DNA from: an uncultured Gemmatimonadales bacterium
GTDB taxonomy: Bacteria > Gemmatimonadota > Gemmatimonadetes > Longimicrobiales > RSA9
Direction of reading: 5' to 3'
Assembly (NCBI GenBank): GCA_963816355.1
Contig: CAWFKH010000006.1
Coordinates: 96,001 to 160,000, forward strand
Length of the DNA: 64,000 nt
Shown in pieces: positions 8,134-15,457 of the stretch. The position numbers and the translations under genes were made by a program. Each line of letters starts with the position of its first letter. Positions within the stretch are counted from its first letter, which is position 1. The notes beneath the pieces were generated by a model. It had not been told where the DNA came from. It did no database searches and saw nothing but the letters and a program-made list of their open reading frames with translations.

Positions 8134-9615
8134 TCACACCACCCGCACCTCCTCGCCCCACCCGATCTCGCCGACGGCGTCCACGGTGAAGGCGTAGCTC
8201 TCCTTGCGGTCGTCACGGCCGCTGTGGGTGACGGCGAGCACGCGCTGGCCGTCGGTGCGGATGTGAACGATGCCGAACGTGGTCTTGTCGTAGCAGTTCT
8301 GGACGCGCTCGGCGCTGGCGGACTCGTGGCCCGCGTCGGTGATTTCGTGGACGAAGCGCGGGCCGAGGCGCGCGAAGAAGGCGACCATCTCGGTGACGTA
8401 GATGAGCGGCTTCTCGACGGTGGCGCGGGAGTACTTGCCGAGGGCGCCGACGAGGCCGGCGCGGGGGTGGATGTACTCCTTGGCGGCGTTCTCATCGCCG
8501 GAGCTGACGACGCTGACGACGGGGCGCACGGCTTCGAGCATGCGGGGGTTGAAGTCGGCGGAGCCGTGGTGGGGGACCTTGAGGACCTCGGCGGCGAGGG
8601 AAATGCCGTCGTCGCGGGTGCGCTCGAGGAGGCCGGTCTCGGACTCGGCGTTGAGGTCGGCGCCGAAGAGGAAGCGGACGTTGCCGAAGGTGATCTTGAG
8701 GACGATGGAGTGGCCGTTGATGGTGTGGCTTGCGGAGAGGGATCCGCCGCCCTCGGCGTGGAGGAAGGCGAGCGCGGGCGTCCCCGCGACGTCGCCCGGA
8801 AGCGGCCCGAGGACCTCGACGCCCACGTCGCCGGCGAGGAAGTCGAAGGCGGCCTCGTCGCTGTACTCGACGCGCCGGACCTCGAGCTGCGGATCGCGCT
8901 GGCCGAGCTCGACGAGGGCGGCTTTCCACGCCTGGAAGTCCTCGTTCATGCGGGCGTCGGGGACGGTGCGCAGGTCGTCCTCGAGCTGCGTGGCCCAGGT
9001 GCGGCCGTCCGCCTTCACGTGGGCGCCGAACATCTCGGTGTCGCCGCGCCGCTTGCCGTCCGGCTTCTTCGACCCCGCCTTGACCAGGCCGTTGTGGTAG
9101 ACGCGGCGCGCGCTGATCATCGGCCCCTTCTTTCCGGGGCGGGTGGCGTGGGCGAGCTTCGTGAGGCCGGCGAAGTGGTCTGCGTCGCCGTGCGTGACGA
9201 CGATGGCGTCGACGCCGAGCGTGGCGGTACGTAGCCTGTACGACCATGCCGCCCCCACGTAGCGCGTCAGGTGCATCTCCTCGCCGCCGTCGATCAGGAG
9301 CAGTCGGCCGCCGGGAGTCTCGACGATCGCGGCATCGCCCTGGCCGACGTCGACGAAGCGCACCTTGAGGAGCGGCGCGGGACGGAAGCGGGCGGCGGCG
9401 GGGATCAGGCCGTCGAGCCACTCGTCGTGGTGCGCCTGTTCGTTCCACACGCGCTTGAGCTGGAGGACGTGCCAGAAGTCGCCCTCCTTGCCGGCGACGC
9501 GCACTTCGTCGCCCCAGAAGAGAGTGGCGAGGATCTGCTTCTTGCCGGTCTGCTGGAAATGGGCGCGGTCGTAGACGCGGACGACGTCGTCGTCCAGGAA
9601 GCGGCGCTCCGGCAT
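8134..9615 (-). CDS. Soluble ComEC/Rec2-like MBL-fold metallo-hydrolase with an N-terminal SH3-like segment
   Basis: FVDVGQGDA, LLIDGG, THGDADH, FLFGAD, LKVPHHGS and HPR motifs; AAGGAGG RBS; no membrane competence domain. Confidence 0.85.
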   Translation of the reverse strand: MPERRFLDDDVVRVYDRAHFQQTGKKQILATLFWGDEVRVAGKEGDFWHVLQLKRVWNEQAHHDEWLDGLIPAAARFRPAPLLKVRFVDVGQGDAAIVETPGGRLLLIDGGEEMHLTRYVGAAWSYRLRTATLGVDAIVVTHGDADHFAGLTKLAHATRPGKKGPMISARRVYHNGLVKAGSKKPDGKRRGDTEMFGAHVKADGRTWATQLEDDLRTVPDARMNEDFQAWKAALVELGQRDPQLEVRRVEYSDEAAFDFLAGDVGVEVLGPLPGDVAGTPALAFLHAEGGGSLSASHTINGHSIVLKITFGNVRFLFGADLNAESETGLLERTRDDGISLAAEVLKVPHHGSADFNPRMLEAVRPVVSVVSSGDENAAKEYIHPRAGLVGALGKYSRATVEKPLIYVTEMVAFFARLGPRFVHEITDAGHESASAERVQNCYDKTTFGIVHIRTDGQRVLAVTHSGRDDRKESYAFTVDAVGEIGWGEEVRVV

Positions 9616-9661
9616 GCGATCCTCCTTGGGTGTCGTCTATCGGGACGATATCGTCGGCGGG

Positions 9662-9708
9662 CGGCGTGCGCCACACGGCGTGCGCCACACGGCGTGCGCC
9701 ACACGGCG
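9662..9708. repeat. 14-bp tandem repeat CGGCGTGCGCCACA x3
   Basis: Seen directly. Confidence 0.9.
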
Positions 9709-9753
9709 GAGCGACCCGGCGGATCGCGCCCGGAGACGGCGCCCGGCGTGGGT

Positions 9754-10665
9754 TCAGCCGCCGAGCGCGCGGGTGAGTCGCACGAGGAGCGCCTCCGGTT
9801 CGCCGACGATCTGGCGCCACGTGACGCGCACGACGCGCAGACCGGCGCCGACGAGGACGGCGTCGCGGCGGCGGTCGCTCTCGAAGCGACGCGCCGAGGC
9901 GTGGTAGGCGAAGCCGTCGATCTCGGCCACGAGCCGCTCCGCGCGCCACAGGCAGTCCACCTCGATCCCGGCGACGCGGGCGTTCGTCTCCGGCCGCGAT
10001 AGAGGCGTCCGAGCGATGAGCGTGAGGAAGGCCTCCTCGGCCTCGGAGCGCGTGAGCGCCGGCGACACGTCGGCGTCGAGAAGCGCGCGCAGGCGGCGGC
10101 TGCCCCTGCGCCGCGGCTGACGGTCGAGCACGGCGCGGATGCGCGATGGCGTCGTCCTGCTCTCGTTCAACGTGACGGCCAACGCGCGCTCGAGGTCGCG
10201 AAAGGCGACGACGCCGGCCAGGTCGCACAGGGTGCGCGACGGCGTCGTCACGCGCAGTCCGTCGAGGCGCGTGACGTCTTCCGAGGGGAGCGAGGCGGCG
10301 CGGTGGATCCGGATGTGGGGGCGCTGAAGCCGACTTCGCCATGGCACCGAGACCTCCGGCTCGCCCTGTGGAGGGAACTGCCTGTGGAGCGCCGCGGCGC
10401 TGTGATGGCTGATCACGGACGACGCGCCGCACGCCAGCAGCGCGGCCATCTCCGGCGCGCGCGGCGCGACCACCGGCCCGACGCGGTAGACGCCACGGTG
10501 AAGGCGGACGAGCCGGCCCGCGGCGGCGCGCCGGTCGAGTGCGCCGGCGCCGACCCCCGCGGCCAGGAGCTGCGCGCGCGAAACGACGCCGTGCTGGCGG
10601 GCCGCGATGTCCTGAATCACGGAGTCCGGCCGGGGCGAGTGCGCGGAGGACGTGCGTATGGGCAT
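9754..10665 (-). CDS. AbiEi-like N-terminal domain plus DUF559 (Vsr-like PD-(D/E)xK endonuclease) protein
   Basis: AARQHGVVSRAQL, RLHRGVY, SHHSAA, VTTPSRTLCDL, TRSEAE, VDCLW, EIDGFAYH, DRRRD, RVTWRQ; start uncertain (GTG at 10620 possible). Confidence 0.88.
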   Translation of the reverse strand: MPIRTSSAHSPRPDSVIQDIAARQHGVVSRAQLLAAGVGAGALDRRAAAGRLVRLHRGVYRVGPVVAPRAPEMAALLACGASSVISHHSAAALHRQFPPQGEPEVSVPWRSRLQRPHIRIHRAASLPSEDVTRLDGLRVTTPSRTLCDLAGVVAFRDLERALAVTLNESRTTPSRIRAVLDRQPRRRGSRRLRALLDADVSPALTRSEAEEAFLTLIARTPLSRPETNARVAGIEVDCLWRAERLVAEIDGFAYHASARRFESDRRRDAVLVGAGLRVVRVTWRQIVGEPEALLVRLTRALGG

Positions 10666-10783
10666 GGTCGAGTATGAGGGGGGTCGCAGGGCGATTCCAT
10701 GGCAGCATCGGACCGCGCGATTTCGGTGTGGGGCCGGAGGGCAGCGGTGGGGCGGCGGCGAATCGCAGTGGTTGCGCGGGCGT

Positions 10784-10941
10784 CGGCCGTGAGGCGAGGG
10801 AGGCCCGCGGCGCTCGGCAGCGGCGGGCGGCGGCCGTGAGGCGAGGGAGGCCCGCGGCGCTCGGCGGCGGCGGGCGGCGGCCGTGAGGCGAGGGAGACCC
10901 GCGGCGCTCGGCGGCGGCGGGCGTCGGTCGTGAGGCGAGGG
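10784..10941. repeat. 47-bp tandem repeat, about 3.4 copies
   Basis: Unit CGGCCGTGAGGCGAGGGAGGCCCGCGGCGCTCGGCRGCGGCGGGCGG; no unique spacers. Confidence 0.9.
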
Positions 10942-11110
10942 AAAGGTTGCCACTCGTTGCGCCTGGACTCGTCGATGGAGTGTTGACGCCGTGGGACGGG
11001 GTCAACCCTCCACTCCTGGCGAGCGGTCGGGGGAGGAGGGAGTGTTGACATCGGATGGCGAAGTCAACGCTCCCAGGCGCGCTCTGACGGGCCCGAGTGG
11101 TAAGGTATTC
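10935..11110. repeat. Double-hairpin palindromic element, copy A
   Basis: TGGAGTGTTGAC-N13-GTCAACCCTCCA (10976-11012), 25-nt gap, GGGAGTGTTGAC-N13-GTCAACGCTCCC (11038-11074); outer arms TTGCCACT / AGTGGTAA, each 21 nt away. Confidence 0.85.
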
Positions 11111-11318
11111 GCCGCACGGGTCGCGCCGCGTCGCGCGGGTATCGCCGCCGCGCCGCGGGTCGCGCCGCGCCGCACGGGCCGCCGCTGCACGGGTTGCCGC
11201 CGCGCCGCGCGGGTATCGCCGCCGCGCCGCGGCCGCCTGCGTCGCGCGCGCTGCGCGGACGGATCTGGCGGAGCTGTTGCGGGAGGAGTTGAGGTCCGTC
11301 GCGTGAGCGACGCCCGCG

Positions 11319-12104
11319 TCAGCCTCCGCCCGGCGCGGCGATGCTCGCGTTCGCGTGCGACTCGGAGAGCGTGGCGAGCGCGTCGCCGCGGGCGTCGACG
11401 GCCGGGTCGTTCTCGGTGCCGCCGTAGACGGCGACGTCGAGGGCCGCGCCGGGGTCGAATCGCGCGAAGTCGGGGAAGATCGAAGTCAGATGAACGACGG
11501 CGGTGTCGCCGTGCACGGAGAGGCCGGGCAGGTCCGGCGCGACGACGAGCACGATCGCCTGGTCGAACGACGCCGGTGTCGCCTCGCCGGGCGCCCCGAT
11601 GAAGAGGCGGAGCAGGCGGCGGTGCGGTGGATCGGTGAGGAAGCTGGTCGCGCGGAAGGTGATGTCGAGGCACGGCTCGCCGCACGACTGGACGGAGGCG
11701 TCGAGATCGACCATGTGGATCGTGGAGCGCTGGAGCAGGCGCGCGGCGATGGGACCGGCGCCCGGCTTCTCGGCGGACACGTCGAGCGGCACGAAGCCGT
11801 CCTTCTCGAAGTGCAGGTTGAACGGCTCGCCCGGCGCGAGGCCATCGAAATGGAAGGAACCGTCGGTGCCGGTCAGGACCGTGCCGGCGAAGCCGATCGA
11901 GTTGAGCGTCGCGGTGACGCCGCTCGCGTCGGGGACCGCGTCGCCGAACTGGTCGACGAGGTCGACGAAGCCCGAGACCGACGCCGTTGGCGCGCTCACG
12001 TCCGAGCAGCCCGCGAAGGCGATCGGCGCCGCGAGCGCCAGGGCGAGAAGAATCGGTGTGCAAGGGGTACGCGCGCCGCGACCTACATCGAGTGCTTCCG
12101 CCAT
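11319..12104 (-). CDS. Putative lipoprotein with a carboxypeptidase-regulatory-like (CarboxypepD_reg) beta-sandwich
   Basis: Hydrophobic stretch ending in FAGC; GDAVPDA..VTAT..TGTDGSFHFDGLAPG..KDGF pattern; GGAGGAG RBS. Confidence 0.7.
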   Translation of the reverse strand: MAEALDVGRGARTPCTPILLALALAAPIAFAGCSDVSAPTASVSGFVDLVDQFGDAVPDASGVTATLNSIGFAGTVLTGTDGSFHFDGLAPGEPFNLHFEKDGFVPLDVSAEKPGAGPIAARLLQRSTIHMVDLDASVQSCGEPCLDITFRATSFLTDPPHRRLLRLFIGAPGEATPASFDQAIVLVVAPDLPGLSVHGDTAVVHLTSIFPDFARFDPGAALDVAVYGGTENDPAVDARGDALATLSESHANASIAAPGGG

Positions 12105-12245
12105 TGCACGCTCCTCCAGGTGGATCCTACGACGACGTCGACCGTGGCAGGCCGCGCGCCGGCGGACGCCCCGGCACGCCGCGCGCCGGCGGACGTCCCG
12201 GCAAGCTGCACGCCGGCGGACGCCCCGGCCATCCGTTCCATCCGC

Positions 12246-12821
12246 TCAGCCGTTCTGCCGATACGCCTCGCGCAGCAGCTCCTCGACCTCGCCGTCCACC
12301 TCCTCGGCGGACGTCAGCGAGAGGCGGTGCGTTGCCTGGCCGGGCGCGTTCGCGGGCGTCAGCCGCGGCGATCGGGGAGCCTCGACGTAGCGCAGCCCGA
12401 CGTCGACGCGTGTCTTCGTCGCGGCCGCGACGGCGGCGAACTGGCGGCGTCGCACGAACGGAATGTAGGTGCCGCGCGGCTCGACGGCGACGTCGTCGCC
12501 GAAGGACTCGAGGGTGGAGCGCAGGCGGTCGAAGATGCGGCGCAGAGGGGCCTTGTCGCCGGCGTACTGGCGGTCGATCTGCTCGTCGAGGGAGGGCGGC
12601 GTCCAGCCGGCGTCGCGGGCGGCGGCGTCGGCGATCGCCCACCGCGAGTTCTGCGGCACGCCGTGCTCCTGTTTCAGCCAGTGCCGCACGGCGGCCTGGT
12701 CGAGCGGATCGGTGCCACTGCGCCGCACGATCGCGACCCACGCCTCCACGGTGTGGCCGGTGCGCTCCTTCATCGAGTCGCTTACGGCGGACATCATGTC
12801 GCGCGGATTGTTCGGGACCAT
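12246..12821 (-). CDS. DUF4287/DUF5655 domain protein
   Basis: ERTGHTVEAW..WLKQEHG N-domain; YIPFVRRRQFAA..THRL..EVDGEVEELLREAY C-domain. Confidence 0.75.
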   Translation of the reverse strand: MVPNNPRDMMSAVSDSMKERTGHTVEAWVAIVRRSGTDPLDQAAVRHWLKQEHGVPQNSRWAIADAAARDAGWTPPSLDEQIDRQYAGDKAPLRRIFDRLRSTLESFGDDVAVEPRGTYIPFVRRRQFAAVAAATKTRVDVGLRYVEAPRSPRLTPANAPGQATHRLSLTSAEEVDGEVEELLREAYRQNG

Positions 12822-12915
12822 GGCGGGGCTCCGGTGCGGGATCGTCCGGCGGTCCAATGTAGCTTTACGCGCCCTCACCGCGCGAGGCGTGACCGCCCGG
12901 CGGCAAGGCCCGGCC

Positions 12916-13740
12916 CTACAGGTCGCGTCTGCGGTACAGCACGTAGGCGAGGGCGAGGAGGAGCAGCGTCTCGGCGACGCCGACCGCCGCGAGCACGCCG
13001 CTGTCGCCGTAGACCGGTGCGGGGCGGTTCATCTTGGCGAGCTGCGCGACGAGCCGCTGGTAGGATGCCGGATCGTAGCGCGCCGGCTCGATCAGGTCCG
13101 TGAAGAGGTTCACGGGCAGGAACTTCGTCGCGTCGGCCCAGGCGCCCCCGAGGCGGCCGAGCCCGGCGCGCGCGAGCTGCTCCGCGACGGCGACGTAGAA
13201 GAAGAGCACGCCCATCGCCGGTCCGGCGCTGCGCGCGAGGAAGGCGGCGAAGAAGCCCATCGCGGAGAAGCCGGCCACGAGGAGCAGGTCGGCGCCCATC
13301 AGGCGCAGGTCGCCGGCGCGCACGACCGGTCCCGCGGCGCCGCCCACGCCGAGGGCGGTCGCGCCGCCGAGCGCGATCGGGAGCAGGAAGAAGGTGACGA
13401 CGAGCATGAGGTAGAGCAGCAGCTTGCCGCCGAACCATTGATCCTTGGACAGGCCGTCGATCACGTTCTGCCGCGCGGTGCGCCAGGAGAACTCGCCGGC
13501 GACGAGCAGGATGAGCAGAATCGCCGAGAAGAAGCCGGCCGGCACCGACGGCTCGTGCACCAGGTCCGGCCACGCGGTGGGCAGCGCGAAGGCACCCAGC
13601 TCCGGGTGGCGCGCGTGCTGCCGCACCGTGGAGAAGAGGCTCAGCGCCGTGATCGTCGCGAAGAGGCCGACCGTCACCATCGCCGCCGGCCGCTTCACCG
13701 TCTTCAGCGTCTCGTTCCGCGTCAGCACCCCGATCGTCAT
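12916..13740 (-). CDS. ABC-2 family permease
   Basis: Six TM helices; EFSWRTARQNVIDGLS; ends YRRRDL; overlaps the ATPase stop. Confidence 0.88.
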   Translation of the reverse strand: MTIGVLTRNETLKTVKRPAAMVTVGLFATITALSLFSTVRQHARHPELGAFALPTAWPDLVHEPSVPAGFFSAILLILLVAGEFSWRTARQNVIDGLSKDQWFGGKLLLYLMLVVTFFLLPIALGGATALGVGGAAGPVVRAGDLRLMGADLLLVAGFSAMGFFAAFLARSAGPAMGVLFFYVAVAEQLARAGLGRLGGAWADATKFLPVNLFTDLIEPARYDPASYQRLVAQLAKMNRPAPVYGDSGVLAAVGVAETLLLLALAYVLYRRRDL

Positions 13741-14678
13741 GCCACCCCCTCCAGCGCGACCGCGTCCGCCGGCGCGTCCGCCCCCGTGAGCTCCATGAAC
13801 GCCTCCTCGAGCGACTGCCGCCGCAGCGCGAGGTGCGAGAGGTAGACGCCGCGCTCGACGCAGAAGCGGTTGAGCGCGGCGAGGTCGTCGTCCTCGAGCC
13901 GCAAGCGGACGACGTCGCCGTCGACCGTGACGCCGGCGGCCGCCGGGTACTCGCTCACGAGCGCCGCGAGCGCGGCGGGCGACGTCGCCCCGCCTCCGCT
14001 CAGCTCGGCGACGACGTTGCCGGCGACGATCTCGGCGACGCTGCCCTGCCGCACGATGCGGCCGCGGCGGATGATCGCCACGTGCGTGCAGGTGCGCTCG
14101 ACCTCGAAGAGGAGGTGGCTGGAGAGGAAGATCGTCTTCCCGCGCGACGCGAGCTCGGCGATGATGTCGCGGATCTCGCGCATCCCCTCCGGGTCGAGGC
14201 CGTTGGCGGGCTCGTCGAGCACGATCAGCTCGGGGTCGCCGAGCATGGTGGCGGCGACGGCGAGGCGCTGCTTCATGCCGAGCGAGTAGGTGGCGTAGCG
14301 GTCCTTGCGTCGCGCCGTGAGTCCGACGAGCGCGAGCGCCGCGTCGATGTCGCGTCGTCCGACGCGCTTCACGTTGGCCACCACGCGCAGATTGTCGAGG
14401 CCGCTCAGGTACGGGTAGAAGTTCGGGTTCTCGAGCGTCGCGCCGACGCGCTGCCGCGCCCGGTGCAGCCCGCGCCGGCCGCTCAGGCCGAAGAGCTCGA
14501 TCTCGCCGGCGGTCGGCGTGACGATGCCGAGCAGCATGCCGATCGTCGTCGTCTTGCCGCTGCCGTTCGGACCGAGGAAGCCGAACACCTGCCCCGCCTC
14601 GACCGTGAAGCCGATGCGGTCGACCGCGAGCTGCTTCGGGTAGCGCTTCGTCAGGCCTCGTGTCTCGATGACGTGCAC
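13737..14678 (-). CDS. ABC transporter ATP-binding protein (BcrA-like)
   Basis: GPNGSGKTT, YSLGMKQR, LDEPANGLDP, SSHLL. Confidence 0.93.
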   Translation of the reverse strand: MHVIETRGLTKRYPKQLAVDRIGFTVEAGQVFGFLGPNGSGKTTTIGMLLGIVTPTAGEIELFGLSGRRGLHRARQRVGATLENPNFYPYLSGLDNLRVVANVKRVGRRDIDAALALVGLTARRKDRYATYSLGMKQRLAVAATMLGDPELIVLDEPANGLDPEGMREIRDIIAELASRGKTIFLSSHLLFEVERTCTHVAIIRRGRIVRQGSVAEIVAGNVVAELSGGGATSPAALAALVSEYPAAAGVTVDGDVVRLRLEDDDLAALNRFCVERGVYLSHLALRRQSLEEAFMELTGADAPADAVALEGVA

Positions 14679-14843
14679 GTCGCCTCCGTGGCGGATCGGA
14701 TCGGGCGCGTGGCGGAGCGCCGCTCCTGTCAGGAACGGGCGGCGGGTGCGGCTGGTTTCACGGGAGGGTGCGTCGGTGGGCGCGAGGCGGCGCGAGGCGG
14801 CCGCGGTCCGGCGGGCGCGAGGCGGCCGCGGTCGCCGGTCGAG

Positions 14844-15188
14844 CTATGCCGTCGGGCCGGCGGCGCGAGGCGCGCGCCGCGCGTCCATCCGCTCGTCGGT
14901 CCAGTTCCACCAGAGGAGCAGGTCCGGGTCGCGCACCGTCGTCGAGGCGTAGTGGACCGCGCAGCGCAGCACGTAGAGCATGCAGCGGTCGATGGACGTG
15001 CCCTGCAGGTGGCAGAGGCGGGCGTACAGCTCCTCCGGGTCGCGGTCGCGAAGCGCCGCCACCGAGCGGATGCCGAGCGCCCACAGGTCCCGGCTGATCG
15101 ACTCGCCCACGCCCGGGATCGTCCGCAGCTCCGTCAGCACCGCCGGATCGGGGGCCGCAGCCCCTCGCGTGGTCGCGCTCGCGCCCAT
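14844..15188 (-). CDS. Helix-hairpin-helix Cdd1 / 'pathogenicity locus' family protein
   Basis: LRTIPGVG..DLWALGI..DPEELY..DRCMLYVLRCAV..WWNW; only the 3' end of ORF 14844..18173 is real. Confidence 0.85.
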   Translation of the reverse strand: MGASATTRGAAAPDPAVLTELRTIPGVGESISRDLWALGIRSVAALRDRDPEELYARLCHLQGTSIDRCMLYVLRCAVHYASTTVRDPDLLLWWNWTDERMDARRAPRAAGPTA

Positions 15189-15304
15189 CTCACTCGCCTC
15201 GTCGTCGTGTTCCAGGCTGCGCCCCTGCCGCTCCAGTATAGCGACGCCGCCGCCGCCCAGCACGTCGAAGTTCACGCCGCAAGCGCGAAGTACCCCGGCC
15301 GCAG

Positions 15305-15407
15305 CCCCCCAGACCCCGTCCCCCAGACCCGGCGGGCGCAGCCCCGCCGCCCCCCAGACCCCGTCTCCCAGACCCCCCCCAGACCCCCTCCGCAGACCCC
15401 AGACCGA
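15305..15407. repeat. Dispersed (CCCCAGAC)n repeat, copy 1
   Basis: Ends CAGACCCCCTCCGCAGACCCCAGACCGA, as do the copies at 22.2 and 40.2 kb. Confidence 0.85.
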
Positions 15408-15457
15408 TCGCTTCCCACCGACACGCGCCCCCAACCCACCCCCGATCCCACCTCGAC

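Noticed and set aside
9754..10665. Type IV (AbiE) toxin-antitoxin system
   Set aside because: No adjacent AbiEii nucleotidyltransferase; the protein carries a DUF559 nuclease domain instead.
10784..10941. Possible CRISPR array (also 6031-6317 and 32281-32410)
   Set aside because: Head-to-tail tandem repeats with no unique spacers, and no cas genes in the window.
11000..11050. GTCAAC...GTTGAC as an integron attC site
   Set aside because: It does not fit RYYYAAC/GTTRRRY, and there is no cassette array or integrase.
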